From NCBI GenBank assembly GCA_028534125.1, contig CM052816.1:20400001-20464000 (forward strand): a DNA stretch of 64,000 nt, given 5' to 3'. Positions 37,035 through 50,214 of the stretch are shown in pieces. Origin of the DNA: Lama glama. Lineage: Eukaryota. The first letter of the stretch is position 1. Every line of letters starts with the position of its first letter. The position numbers were made by a program, and so were the translations under genes. The notes beneath the pieces were generated by a model, which was given only the letters and a program-made list of their open reading frames with translations, made no database searches and had not been told where the DNA came from.

Positions 37035-37633
37035 GAGCTTTGGACTCATGTCTCCAGCAGCCTCCTAATGGACATGTGAAACTTACTAAATGTCCAAAAT
37101 TGACTTCTTGATCTGTACCCTCTGCCACTGCTCTGAATTGGTGTCTTCCTTTTTCTCTCCATCTCAATCAGTGACAGTTCTCCATACCCCGTGACCATTC
37201 TGTCACTAATTCTGATCAACTGTAAATTTAAACTATAGCCTGTTCCTAACCGCAATGTAAATGCCACCCTAGTCCAAGCCTACATATCTATCACTTGAAC
37301 TGTCAAAGCCTCCAAACTGGTCTTCCTTCTTCTATTCTTGTCCTCTCCTGTCCATTCTTCACCCAGCAACCACAATGACATTTTTAAGACATAAAGACAC
37401 TCTCCTGCTTTAAAACTTCCCATGGCATCCCCATCATACTTATATTAAAATGCCAGTTTCTTATCATGATCCATGAGACTCTACACGATCTAGCCTCTGG
37501 CGCCCTCTCTGGCTACAATTCCCACCCTACTGCCTTGGTCACTCAACTAGCCACTTCTCTTTGCTGCTTGAGCACTCCAGGTTTGTTCTTATCGGTGGGC
37601 CTTTTCCCATGGTCTCCCCTCTGCCTGGAATGC
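37035..37633 (+). mobile_element. L2 LINE fragment (resumes briefly after the LTR at about 38120-38157 and at 38420-38595)
   Basis: atgtccaaaattgacttcttgatc..gccaccctagtccaagcc..gcctccaaactggtcttcct..ctctcctgctttaaaacttcccatggc..ccctctgcctggaatgctc. Confidence 0.8.
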
Positions 37634-38109
37634 TCTAGCAGTTGCTGTTGGTGCCTTGACTGGATCCTCTTGGGCCTCCACATCCCTGTGCACACAGCTA
37701 GAATTCCACCTGCCAGCAGCTGGATCTCCTTGCCTGGGTACTTTCTCTGGTGACAGCCTCCTCTGCAAATGGCCAGTTAGAAGTGCCAGAGAATTCATGC
37801 CCCTGAAGCAGGCCTCCACTAATGAGATGGGAATTGGTGTAGAAATACCCCAGCTCCCCCAGCCCTTTGAGTGGGAAGGAGATTTAGAGGAATGTGTTTT
37901 ACACAGGATCCCAGAGGTCCTCCTGCAGGATTAGGCTCCATCTGCCTAGAGTCGTTAACTGGCTTGATGACTTACCCTTTAGAGGCTGCCATCCCTTCTT
38001 TTACCTTCCTACTCCTCTGCCAGGGCTTCCTTGGGTTACCTCGTAAATAAACTGCCTGCCCGTGAATCTTTGTCTCAGTTCTACTTCTGGGAGAACTCAA
38101 ACTAAGACA
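37634..38109 (+). mobile_element. ERVL solo LTR, LTR16C-like, inserted in L2
   Basis: Starts tctagcagttgctgttggtgcc; internal gggaattggtgtagaaataccccagctcc; ends aaataaactgcctgc..tctttgtctcagttctacttctgggagaactcaaactaagaca. Confidence 0.8.
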
Positions 38110-38159
38110 CTGCCAACCCCAGCAAGTCTCAACTGAAATGCCATCTCCTGGAGAAGGGA

Positions 38160-38410
38160 CACAGCATGAGAGTGGGTTCTGAGGTTGCTGGGAGAAAAGC
38201 CTGGCCCCACTGCTCACTCACTGTGGACTTGGGCTCCTGTGCTCAATTTTCTCATCTGTAAAACAAGAAGTAATAATACTAATGAGGCCAAGAGCTATTT
38301 TTGTTGAGGTGTTGAGAGATCATGAGATAACATTTATTGAGTGCTTCCTACATGCCAGGCTATATGCTCCAGGTGCACCAGACTTATTAACACATTTAAT
38401 CCTCATGGCA
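38160..38410. mobile_element. Two MIR fragments in opposite orientation
   Basis: Sense ctcaattttctcatctgtaaaa..taataatac, then antisense taacatttattgagtgc..atgccaggc..catttaatcctca. Confidence 0.65.
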
Positions 38411-38699
38411 TCGTATCACTATCTAATATCACAGTACATTCTGTTTGTTCATCTTTTACTTTCCATTTCCCTCAGTAGGATCCTTAGTAGGATCCAGAGC
38501 ACTCTCACTATGCAGCTCACCACTGTAAGCCAAGCTCCTAGCTCAGGGCCTGGCTCACAGTCAGTACTCAGGCACATTTGTTTAGCCAATGACTCTCAGT
38601 CAACACCTTTCTTAAAAGACCCTTGAAGAGTTTCCCCACTGGTATCTCCTATTGGACAAGAAGATGGCACAGTTTAAATTTTCTGCTGAAAGCATGTGT

Positions 38700-39250
38700 G
38701 CATAGGGGAAGGGGAGGGCATAGGTGAGTTTGGAGCAGAGAAGTGACTTCATTTGGTGGTGTGTTTCCAGAAGCTCACTCTGGCAGTAGGTGTAGATGGA
38801 CTGGGGCAGCTCAAGACTGGAGGCAGGAGTCCTGTTGGAGGCTCTGGCTTAGCCTAATGCAGATAACAGGTGAAGAGATGAGATGTGCCAAGATCTTGGA
38901 CACAGGTAGCAATTATGGGGAAGAAGAGGAGGGCCTATGGGAGGAGATTCCGAGGTCTGAAGCCTGGTTCCAGACAAGCAGAGAGTGAAATGAAACACTG
39001 GAGGAAACAGGTGTGGGTAAAAGATGTTGAATCTAGTTTGAACTGTGTTGGGCTTAAAAAATATAGGTCACTGGGTGGGGACAGATGTTGGTGCCTGTTA
39101 GATATACTGGTCTGCAACTTAGGACCAAGGTAAGGCTAGGAGACAAAAATTGGTTGATATGTTGTGGCATGGAAAAGGTTAAAGCAATGTAAGGAAATGT
39201 GATCACCAAATTCTGTCCAAAGAGAGTCACAAGCAATTTCAGAGAGCCTC
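38700..39250 (-). mobile_element. L2 fragment
   Basis: agctcactctggcagt..agactggaggcaggag..gttggaggct are antisense L2 motifs. Confidence 0.6.
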
Positions 39251-39624
39251 TGAAGGTCTAAATGGGGCAGGGCGGCCTTGCTGCAGGCCTGTGTTCCCAC
39301 TGGGAAAGGCCTGGATTCCTGCATCCCTGTGGATTCCTTTGCACTTGTACCAGGAACTCTCCATCAAGGATGTTTGCCATTTTTCTCTTCTTTCCTCTTC
39401 CTTACCTGGTATCCCCCTGGCTCTGAAGCTAGCCCTGGGAGAACTGAGACCAGGTTGGGAGAAGTCCCTTCCACATGACCAGCACCACCAGCAGAAATCC
39501 AGAAAGAAAGACAGCAAGGTGACTTCACCTGCAGCACCAACGAACCGATGGTGAAAACGGGAAATGCAGGCAGTCATCACTGTGACCCAGTGCAGTCTAT
39601 AAAGTGAAGGATTTTCCCAGGGCT

Positions 39625-39870
39625 TGGGAGTGGGTAAGAACATGGGCTCCGAAGTCTGACCATTTGGGCTTTGCATCCCTGTTTGTAGCTTGGCTGCTTG
39701 GGCAGGTGATATGACTTCTCTGAGCCTCAGACTTCTAGGCTGTAAAAAGAGCAAATGAATCATACTCACTTCAGAGGGTTTTGGTGAGGATTAAATAAGG
39801 TAATTCATGCAGAGGACCCAGTATCAGTGCCCAGTACATACATAAGTCTCGGTACATGGTGGCTGCTGTG
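39625..39870 (+). mobile_element. MIR SINE (near full length)
   Basis: gtaagaacatgggctc..gacttctctgagcctcag..tcagagggttttggtgaggattaaataaggtaat..cagtgcccagtacata. Confidence 0.85.
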
Positions 39871-39948
39871 ATTTCCGGCACTCCAGACTACAGAAGGCAA
39901 ACAGGTTTGCTGAGGCCGCTTCACCTGGGAAAGGCAGAGCTCAAGAGA

Positions 39949-40028
39949 CAACAGAGTCTTCTGTATAGCACAGGGAACTGTAGTCAATAGATTGTAATAA
40001 CCTATAATGAAAAAGACTATGAAAAAGA

Positions 40029-40070
<42 letters not shown>

Positions 40071-40135
40071 AACTGAATCACTATACTATATACCAGAAAC
40101 TAATACAGCATTGTAAATCAACTTCAGAAAACAAA
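39949..40135 (+). mobile_element. Cetartiodactyl L1 3' end with expanded (AT)16
   Basis: ctgtatagcacagggaact..aacctataatgaaaaag..(AT)16 at 40031-40062..aactgaatcac..ccagaaactaatacagcattgtaaatcaac. Confidence 0.88.
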
Positions 40136-42924
40136 ATTGCTTCAAATACACATTCAGATTATTATTGCCAGGCTGTTTGCCTAGAAATTAGCAATTTTGC
40201 ATCCCCACCCCCACCCTGGAATCTCTTTCCTGCCTAGCACAAGATCCTTTTTAGCAAGTACAGAGCTGATGAGGAAAAGGTGAATGGACAAGTTAATGAA
40301 GGAATAGAGGAATAAATAAGCTTCTGTAATGGCCTATCAGCACTGACCTTTCTCTGATTTCACACTGTAAATTGTTGGAGTCGCATTTGAGATGCAGTCT
40401 GGGGCAGTCTCTCATTAGCTGGTATGTATGCATGTGTGTGCGTGTGCATGTGTGTGCCTGTTGAGATTAACATAGGGATAAATCACAGATATTTACTCTT
40501 CATGATCCCTGACAGAGAAGTTATCAAAGACGTAATTTAACATGCACCCCTTTTCGGCTTCCATCAGCCTCAGCATGGACAGTGCTGGACTGCAATGCAC
40601 CTGATGAATTAATTAACAGACATCCGCTTATCTAGCCTTCACTGCTGTATTGACTTCATTTTAGGATTTGACCACAATAAGCAGCAGAGAACTCATTTCC
40701 TGCCCATGAGGCAGTGTAGTTAATCCTCAGCAGGAGAGAGAAAATTCTGGGCAGGGGCCAGTGTTGGGGCAGGGAGGGATATTTTCTGAGGAAGAGATTT
40801 CCAGAGCCAGTGTTCAAGCACAGTTGTCTCCTTATGACCCAAAGAGTTTGAGGTTCTGTAGAGGCCTCCAATGATTTGACTTGAGTTCTGAGTGGTAGGA
40901 GCTTCGCCTGAGATAGTTTGTCTCCTGGGGAGACAGGGCCTCAGGGACAAAATGCTGTGTGAACTATATAAGTCTGCGAGTCAAGATGATGACTTTGGAC
41001 TGGAGGGGACTTTAGGAGTCCTTTCCCTCCCCTTCACTCGAGTTTCCCCACTCAGAAGGTGGAGGCTGAGTCATTTCATTGCTCAAGGCCATTCTTGCAC
41101 TAACAACTTACACTTTGACTCAACACGTACGTCCTCTGGGCCATGAAGGTGCATGTGTGGCGTGTGTCTTGTTTTGTCTGAGGCCTAAGGCAGCATCATC
41201 TGATACTCACAGGGAATGAGTATGTATGTATAGGGTAATTTCTGGGTATATAAACCCATTCCCAGCACGGATTGTGGGTAATTTTATAGTCAGAGTGAAA
41301 TACCTGAAAAAATGATGTGTGTTTTTGCTGTGATAACTATGGGCCGTTGTCACATTTGTGTTTACTTAATACATCTACTGGAATATTGTCTGGATGTTAG
41401 TGTTCATCAAAACAAGTGTGGATCCTTGTTTCTAATTTTAAAAAGTCCCTTTCTCTGGCCTGCAGTGTCAGTGCCCAGCAGACCCTTTGAAGCCAGCAGA
41501 GCTGAGGCTGATGAGTACCCCATGACTCAGGAGGCAGCTGTGCTTGGCTTCCTCCAGGCTTAGAACTGTGCTTGGTGCACCACAGGTGCATGATGCACGC
41601 CGGCTTTATTGAGCGGATGTGTGACCGCTCTTTCTGGGGGTCAGCCTAGGAAGAGATGGTTCACCCTGGAAAAAGGTTGGTGCTGATGACTTTAGTCAGA
41701 GGAGATCTCTCTTTGCCCAGTAGCTGCACAGGGACCACTAATTATTAAACCACACAGCAATTCAGTGCTGTCCCCAGGGTTACTGAACTGAATGGGATTG
41801 TTTGCCCTGGTACTTTTTGGCCCCAAACTTTTCCGATTCATATTTCTGCTTTTTAATTTCTATTTGTCACCACTTTCGTTCTCATACTTTTAGTTGCCAC
41901 TCATTGGTAGGTCCCTGGTTCTAGAATTACCTCTCTTCTTTTCACAGTTATTGTTGCTAATTTCTTGTGAGTTGGGAAATTGGATCACCAACAATGTTAT
42001 TATTGGGCATGGCCTTAAAATAAATTCTAAGGAGGGCAGAGGTAAACTAGAGGGAATGTATTTCTGATGAGAAATATGCATAAACCTTTGGCTACTGGCA
42101 TGAGGCCATGTGTGTGTTTTGCCTTCTTCCTGAATCTTAGTGCTATACTCTCTGCTAGAGAGGAGTGAAAAGAATGGCTCACATATTTGGGAGGTGATTC
42201 TTCAGATACCTTCTCCAGACAGATGGTCATCTAGGATTTTAGTACAAGACTTCATTTGTCTGGCCCCATGCAGGCTCCAGTGTGGCAGGTTTCCTTATTA
42301 CCTCTTCCCTGGAAGATAGGCAAGTTGTTGAGGAAAGTTTAGACTGTGAGGATATACTGTCCTTTTACAGAGTAATTTTCTCATAATCTATTTTTGGAGG
42401 GAGGGTTGGAAGGGGTAGCCAAGTTTCAGAACTCAAAATACTAAGGTGACATTGACCTAAAACATAACATATTTTAGCGGAGTGTTTGGTAAGGAGTGGT
42501 TTGCTCAGGTATTTAGGATATATCTTTCAATCATTGCCTCTCCCGTATCTTCTCATGGTGCCTCCAGCAGGGTCAAGACTACGGTGAGTGATTGGTAGAA
42601 TTAATTGGATGGGGTGTAGGTATTATTAAATTAGATCCCAATCATTGGAACCCTTAGTTACAGTGGACTCTTGATGCAGCATGGGAGACAGAATATATTT
42701 CTCCCTTAGAAGACCCCACTTGTTACTTTGGCTGGTTTCTCAGTGCATTGTTTTGTATGGTATTAGGGTATTAGATCGAGGTGACCAGTGGTCCTAGTAT
42801 CCCTTCTGCAGGAGCCTGGATACTTTTCCTTGGGTCCTAAAGCAGCAGAAACGGGAATAGCTTTCTGTATTTCAGAAGATTTGATTGACACTGCAAAGGG
42901 AGTGGGTGGACATTTCCCAGTTTC

Positions 42925-43712
42925 ATCCCTCTCCTGTTGTCTTCCTCATGCCCATGCATCCTCTCATCTCAATAACTCAAGTCATAGATCTTGTCATTTT
43001 TGACTCAGTCTTTCTCTCATACCCAATATCCCCAATATCCACCACTTCTTGACAGTTCTGTCTTCAAAATATGTCTTCAACCCATCTCCTTTCTAGCTCT
43101 AAGGGATCACTGTAGTCCATCTTCAGTGCTCGACTAGAAGACTGTAAGAGTCTACTAACTGGTCTCCAAGCTCTCCCTTTATCCCCTTCCAAGCCATTTC
43201 CCACCAATAACCATAGAAATTGACATAAAACTTTAAATTAGCTTATAGCATCCCACCAGCAGATGTCTTTTCATGCCAGAATAAAATACCAAGACCTTAC
43301 CATAGCCCATAAGCCCTGTATGTCCTGGCCCTCTCCACCTTTCTGATCTCATTTCACCTATTCTGGACTCCTTTGTGTTTCTAGAACATGTGAGTATGTT
43401 TCCTACCTCACGGCCTTTGACTTATCTCTTCTGCCTAGACACTCTTCCCCATGAACTTCCTATGGCTGGTTCCCTCTCATCCTTCAAGTCTAATCTCAAA
43501 GGTCACCTCCCCCAATATGCTGGTCCTGACCTCTAATCTAAATAAAGTACTCCTCTGCACTTTTCTCTACCTAAGTACACCATTGCATTCATCATAGTTT
43601 GTAATTATTTATTTGTTCACTTGTTCATTATCTGCTTGCTTTCCTAGACCGTACACTCTAGGAGGTTAGGGACCGTGTATGTATTGATCAGTATTATATC
43701 CTCAGAACATAA
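42925..43712 (+). mobile_element. L2 LINE (3' tail resumes at about 44170-44215 after the MLT1C)
   Basis: taactggtctcc..ccataagccctgtatgtcctggccct..cctacctcacggcctttg..catccttcaagtct..ctcaaaggtcacctcc. Tail gtaggtgctc..tgagtgaatgagt. Confidence 0.8.
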
Positions 43713-44154
43713 TGTACCAGTTTCCTGGAGTTGCCATACAAAGTACCACAAACTGGATGGCTTAAAACAAGAGAAACTTATTCTTACAGAGTTCCAAAGG
43801 TCAGAAGTCCCAAATCAAGGTGTTGGCAAGGCCGTGCTCCCTCCAGAAGCCCTAAGGAAGGGCTCTTCCTTATCTCTTCCAGCTTCTGGTGGCTCCAGGT
43901 GTCCTTGGCTTGTGGCTGCATCACTCCAGTCTCTGCCTCCATGATCACATTGCTTCCTCCTCATCTGTCAAATCTCCGTCTCCCTTGCTCTTATAAGGAC
44001 AATGGCCATTGGATTTAGGGCCCACCCAGACTATTCAGGATACTCCTCCTCTCAAAATCCTTGGTCACATCTTTTGCCATATAAGGTTATATCCACAGGT
44101 TCTGGGGATTAGGATGTGGAAATACTGGTGGGGGGCACTAGTCAGCCCACTATA
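43713..44154 (-). mobile_element. MLT1C-like MaLR solo LTR
   Basis: tgtaccagtttcctgg..acaaagtaccacaaactggatggcttaaaacaa..aaatcaaggtgttggcaaggccgtgctccctc..ggatttagggcccaccc..cagcccactata. Confidence 0.9.
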
Positions 44155-44494
44155 CCTTGTAAATTTCCTTTCACCCAGTAGGTGCTCTAAAACGTTTTGA
44201 GTGAATGAGTGAGTCGTAACAACCAGGGCTGCTGTGATCAGAAAAATCTGCCAGCTTGTCTCCGTGCCCCTCACCCTTGATTAGAAATATTTGCCTTCAG
44301 GTATCTTTTCCAAGAGGGTGCTGGGCCCGCTGCATGAGCACTTGCCTATGTACCCAAGATGTGTGCTTCGCCTATCATCTGAGCATCATGGTTCTCTCCT
44401 GGGGCTTCTCTTTGTTCAGAGACCCTCTGTATCACCCACTTGGGAGGAAAAAGCAGACTCCCTAAAGCAAAGGAATGGCAGATGTATCATTTAA

Positions 44495-44937
44495 GATTTT
44501 GAAAGGAAACAGTGTCCACCCAGATGGGTCAATTGAAGAGGCTTTAATGAGAAGACTACTTAGTGTGGGCAGGAGGGAACATAAAGGGGTGATGTGGTCC
44601 CCAGTAGGACGGTCTTACCACTCTTAGGACCAAAGAGACAGAGGACGGAAGTAATGCTGACAGAGCACGGTGAGAGCTAAGCTATGGAGCTGCCTGGCAG
44701 GAGCTATAGTCATAGAGACAATGTCAAAGCAAGGAGGGAGTAGGGAGAGAAGTGCCCAACCTGTCCCTCCTCTATCCTCTGATCTGCTGGTGTTCCCAGT
44801 GGGCAGAGCCCAACCAGAGCCAGAGGAAAGGGGGCTTGTAGCTGCTGCCCATAGAACAGCTGTCAGTCTCTGAGGCACGGAGCCAGGAAGAAGACAGGAC
44901 ATCGGTGTGGTGGAGAGGCAAATGGAAATGACCAACA
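44495..44937 (-). mobile_element. ERVL LTR, LTR33-like
   Basis: ccctcctctatcctctgatctgctggtgttcccagtgggcagagcccaaccagagccagaggaaaggggg..ggagaggcaaatggaaatgaccaaca. Confidence 0.6.
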
Positions 44938-45601
44938 GGGCAAGTTACCAGTGATGATTCCATTTGAAGGATCAGAGAGTCAGGAGGTAGGAGGGGCTGC
45001 TGCTTGGTCTAAATAAGGGAATTTAAGTAAGAAACTTAGAGTTGATGGCTCCTTCCCTCCCTCCCCCACCATTCTTTCCCACCTTCACCACCCTCCTTCT
45101 GTGTAAGCAGGGAGATTTACCTCCATGGTTCCAATGGTTACAGTATGGTTGTTTCACTCTGAGGGTTGGGGACTGCAAGAGCCACATTTGCCAAAGGCTC
45201 TGGAGGGTGACGGTGCCTGTGGAGAGCAGGGGCAAAGCCCAGCGAGGCTGTACAGCCAGCAGGGGAGGCTCCCAGCAAGACCTGTAATTCCACCATGGGC
45301 TTCAAGGTCAGCCTCTGCCCCACCACATGCTTAGAAAGAAAAAGAGGACTTTAACTTCTGACTTGCAAGTTGGAACCAAGGGAAGGATGAGACCTGGAGT
45401 GGTCTTTCTCAGCACAGCTGCAGGCTTGGACTCCAGCAGCTAGAAGGGCGGCTCCAGTTGGAAGCAGATTCCTTGTCTCTCCTGGACACCTGGGCATCTG
45501 AGCTGAACCCTCTTTTCTCCCAGCAAAGCACATCCATGTGGCCCTGAGAAGCACACGTTTTACGAAGCTCAACACCTTTACCCCTTTCTCACCATTTTAT
45601 T

Positions 45602-45784
45602 ATTTTTTTTAATTTAAAAAAAATTTTTATTAACGTGTAATTGATTTACAATGTTAGTTTCAGGTGTTCAGCAAAGTGATTCAGTTATACATATACATAC
45701 ATATATATTTTTTCTTTTCAGATTCTTTTCCATTATATGTTATTACAAGAAATTGAATATAGTTCCCAGTCCTGTACAGTGGGT
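45602..45784 (-). mobile_element. 5'-truncated cetartiodactyl L1 3' end
   Basis: ttgatttacaatgttagtttcaggtgttcagcaaagtgattcagttatac..ttcagattcttttccattata..ttgaatatagttccc. TSD cctttctcaccattttatt (45583-45601) / cctttcttaccattttatt (45785-45803). Confidence 0.92.
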
Positions 45785-47778
45785 CCTTTCTTACCATTTT
45801 ATTTTGATAACTGCTTGAATTTAGGAAATCTTTTTTTTTAATTTACTAGAATAACAATGGAAGTATTAGAAATGGTAGAAAGGATAAGCTACCTCCCTGC
45901 AAAGCAGCAAGATAAGAATAGCTTCCTTCTGCCCTTGGATCTTTGACGCATGCTGTTTCATCCCTTCCCGACCTACTGGCAGGCTCTCCCCTCCCTCCTT
46001 GTAAAGAGTTGGGAGGCTGGCTTCACTCTGTTTTCTCTCTGATCTTTGTGGGCTCTGTGGCCCATGCTGCCTTTGGGGCAGGATCTCACTTTATGAAACA
46101 GAACAATCAGTTTTATTCACCCTGCTCTACATTGTCAGGCAGTTTCTCCTAAGACAGGGCTTAGTTCTCGTGTCTATTGACAGTGTTACGGGAGGGGCAC
46201 CTGTCCTGTGGGTGAGCTGCCCTGCCCTGGATGGTGGTTGAACCCTCTGTTCATTGTGAAAAACTCCAGAGAGTGGGTGCCACTCCTTATTTTAGGGATC
46301 AAGATGTAAAGCAGAGGGTTCCCATCAGCCTGAAGGAGGGTCTGGGAGAGGACGGGGTCTCCTGAGGCTCGGGGTCTGGGGCTTATCCCCACACAATGGC
46401 CCCAGGTCTTGGAAAGCTCTGGAGAACTAGCATGTTCTTTCTTCACAATGGAACTACCTTTAACGTTTTTGATGATGATAGTAGTAAGTAAAACTTGCTC
46501 ATTGCAACATTTCAGACCATTCACAGCTGTGTAAAATAGCCAGTGAAATTCCTTTACCATCTCAGCCTACAGAGTTAACAAGTTTTCAGAGCTTACAGGG
46601 TATAGTTCCAGATTTTTGGATGTTTACATCATTGTTTTAAAGCTGGGGTCAAACCTTTGCACACGTCCCTGTATCCTACTTATCCTACTTTAGAAGGTAT
46701 GGGCAGTCCTGCTTTCCAACATAATGCACTTCTGAAAAGAAGTTTAGAAGTTAAATATGCAAAAGTAAATAATCAACATACATTTTCTAAGGCAATTGCA
46801 ATCTCAGAGGTCTAAATTATTCTGGCATCTCATTCACATTCTTACAATTTGTTCTTATACTTTGCAGTTGAACACAAAGTCCTTAAGCTTAAGTCCGATG
46901 AGCAGCAAATCAAGGCTAAAGATGGCTCCTTGCAGTGCCCCAGTAATTTCTTTGTTTCTGTTTTATTAGGCATATGAGACCTTGTCTTCTTGTTGTAAAT
47001 ATCAACATTTTAATTTCTCTTATTATTCATTTTAATAAAACAAAGGGCACAATGTGATAAAATAGTCAAGGAATGTTACACAAAACTGCCTGGCAATGCT
47101 CCTTAACGTGGGTGGGGGCTAATGGACAGTGCAGTGATCTCGAATACGTATCCTTCTGCTGAGTTCTGAAGGTCGAAAGCTGGCAGTTGAGTGGTAGCTT
47201 AGAGGGTCTCCACATGTGATGCATAGCAGTGTGGGTTATTCAAAAGTTGAAATGGTAAAGTCAAAGATACCTGTATTGTAGATGTCTTCACAGGTAGTGG
47301 AAGCTGACTCAGCTCGGTAAGAAGAAAACGAGTTCACTAAAAAGAATCTCACAGAGGGGTGGGGCCAGAGCACTAGGTCCGAAGCTCTGCTTTGAGGAAC
47401 AGTGGCTAAGCCCTGATGGCAAAACACCACCAGGAAGCCCTAGGGGCTGCCGCTGTCTGTGCTGAGAACTCACTTTTGCTGAAAGCACCCCCGACACTAG
47501 TACTGATAGGACTTCTGTGTCAGAAACTCACCTCGCCAGTCCTCAAGCAGGCACTCTCCTCACCAGCAAAATGCTGCCCCTCTCTGAGCCTGTCTCCTTG
47601 CTTCCTTTTTGAAGTCTTGTGAGGTGTGTCTCTTTGGTAGAACTGTATTACATCCCTGCGTCCCAGCTGTGGAGGAGGCTGGGGAGCAGGATTTCTGACT
47701 TCTGCCTTGGGGAGAGGGTATCATAAGACAGGTAATTCTGCAAACATTAAAAGGATGTTCAAAAGCTGTTGGGACTGC

Positions 47779-47851
47779 AGAAAAGGAGAAGGAGGAGAAG
47801 AAGGAGCAGGGGAAGGGGAGGAAGAGGTGGAAGAGAAAGAAGAGGAAGAAG
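47779..47851. repeat. GA-rich low-complexity purine tract
   Basis: agaaaaggagaaggaggagaagaaggag..gaagagaaagaagaggaagaag. Confidence 0.8.
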
Positions 47852-47864
47852 TCCTCTACACATA

Positions 47865-48170
47865 GAAATAACTATAGTGGGTTATTTTAAAGTCTGCATA
47901 GTATTGCATTTTATGCATGTAATATAATTAATTTAGAGAACCCCTTATTAGCATGCATTCAAATAATTTCTTTTGTTTTTGATATTAAAAATCATACTAC
48001 ACACACACATATATAAACAAAAACATACAAATGTATTTGTATACTTTAATTTATTTTTACCAGATTAATTCTTAGGAGTAGAATGGCTGGTCACAGGCTA
48101 TTTAAAATCTTATATTTTGATACATATCATAACATTATCCCGTCCTAAAAGCTTGTTGAAATGCCTCTCA
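47865..48170 (-). mobile_element. Old L1ME 3' fragment
   Basis: ctgcatagtattgcatt..ataattaattta..attcttaggagtagaatggctggtca..tattttgatacatat. Confidence 0.6.
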
Positions 48171-48443
48171 ACAAAGATAGGCCATGTTTAAAGGACTTGT
48201 CAAGTTTAGAGAGTTTTAATATTCAAATAATGGAAAAATTATTAACACATGCATGTTTTTACATGATAGCTTTAGTGCAGAATATCCAGAATAAATGGAA
48301 TGGCCGCTTGCCCTACCAAGCCTGATAAAAGAAAGTGCACTCTAACTAGTCATCTGTGGGGCTATCATTGGGTCTTTGTGATCCATTTTTGTGACATTCT
48401 TTGAGCCCTTAGGAGTATTAAGTCCAGGTTGTTCAACCACCCA

Positions 48444-48580
48444 CAGGGTTGCTGCATATGGTTATACTGAAATGACTTCATGACTCCAGGAGGTGCTGTT
48501 TCACCACATAGTCTACGGAAATTTTGCCCCCCCTGGAGTTGTGCAGTAGGTAACCTGCACAACATTCCATAGCACCCCTG
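48444..48580. mobile_element. MER91A-like hAT-Tip100 palindromic MITE
   Basis: Termini caggg..ccctg. Internal inverted arms actccaggagg / ccccctggagt and ttgtgcagtaggtaacctgcacaac match the remembered MER91A layout. Confidence 0.75.
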
Positions 48581-50214
48581 CCAAGCCAAGCAAAAGGAGT
48601 CACTTGCAAATCCTCCCGATACTTCTTTGGGACTTTTAATTCATTTGTCTAAGGCAACTGATTATGAAACATTAAGCCCATTTCCTTTTTGGAGCAGTGA
48701 GGCAGCTATGGTGACAGCTCCTAAGTACATAAGAAATGTATCTTGAGTTCTGTGACATTTTACATTCCCCACTCTGCCCAGCAGCCAATGGTTTCTTCTT
48801 CCAAGTGACATATTGATTGTACATACATGCAGGGTGACTCTGATTGTGCTCCGTATTTCGAGCTCATCATCTGTTATCCCATTTTTATTGTCATCCTAGG
48901 CCCAGACAGTATCAAATTGGAAGCAGTAGTGTAGAAAATTACGAACAAATCAAAAAAGACTACAGCTGTGAAATGAATCAGGCCATCGCTCCACATTTAG
49001 CATTTTCCCTGATGTAAACACCCTGCTTCTTTCTTCGCCCTGTTAGGAGGTCTCAGAGCCAGGAGAGTGCTGGGATAATTAGAGCTCAACTCTGACCTTG
49101 CTTTGGAGTCAGGTACAAGGTGTCCTCGAGAACAGCAGATTCTGCTGTCCTAGAAAATGTGTCACATCTTGGAGGCCATGGGGTGGCTCACCAAGGTGTG
49201 ACAGCGAGGAAGCAGGGATTGACACGTGGTGATTTATGTGGCTATGAGTGGCAATTTCACTCTCACAGGGCACTAGGGCTGGCCCGTTCCCCCAGGTTTT
49301 ATGAGATACTCATTAATCACACCCCTCCAGGTGGGTCTGTGACCAAGGGAATAATGAGAGGATGCCATGTTGCTAGTTGGCATGAGTGTAGGCACAGCTC
49401 CGTCAGGGTGGATAATTTCATGCATCAGCAGAGTGAAAAGCCTTAATGAATGGCATGTGGGCCAGACGCACCTTGTCACCATGATAACCATAGGCTCTTC
49501 TGTCACTGCACTGTGCCTGTTGTCACTTTTGTGTTTGCTTAACATACCTGTGGTGGATGTGAATGGGGCCTGCCTTTTCATGTTAACCGGAAGCAGAGCG
49601 GATTCTTTCTTCTTGTTCTAAAAAGTCAGTTTGGACTATTCTCCTGGCTCACTGAGCATCTGGGCAAGGAGACTGGGGCCGGAGAATGCCCCTGTCTTGG
49701 GTGCTGACCCTTCAGAGTCCGTGGGAAAGATCACCATGGTGGTTGGGGTGGCCACATGGTCTGCTACCCAGGCTCAGCATAGAAGATGGTAGATAAAAGC
49801 TTGTTGCTTCCCCTTGTTGTGGGGGCCCCTGAAGCCCCTGCAGCAGAAGGAGAAGACACTCGCCCTGAGAAGGTGGGTTGCAGGCTGTACTCTGAGCTCA
49901 GGCTCCTCCCTGCACACAGTGGGGTTTCCTCAGATGGCCCTAGGGCAGGGGGCCCTCCTTCCTCACCCTGCCTGGAGTTTCCTGACTTGATTTAGAGCTC
50001 TAGATTTGCTTTGAAAGCAAAGAAAACTCTGAGGACAGGGCAGGGCTTCTCTTAGGAAAGGGGCTGAGGCTGTTAGGAAATCTACCAGGGAAATCTCATC
50101 CCTCTCCATGGTTGCAAGATAAGCTTCACACATCTTCTCCGCTGACTTGGGGTTGGGGAAAATCTGATGGGCTGGCCACAGACCTTTGCTCTTTGACTCT
50201 CGTCTCCCCATTTA

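Noticed and set aside
39239..39769. Longest ORF (176 aa, minus strand) as a gene
   Set aside because: The N-terminus (PRSLRLREVISPAQ) is a typical antisense MIR translation and the remainder has no recognisable domain.
40570..40586. REST/RE1 site (tcagcatggacagtgct)
   Set aside because: The right half-site is good, but 3 nt are missing relative to TCAGCACCATGGACAG, truncating the left half. Not a canonical RE1.
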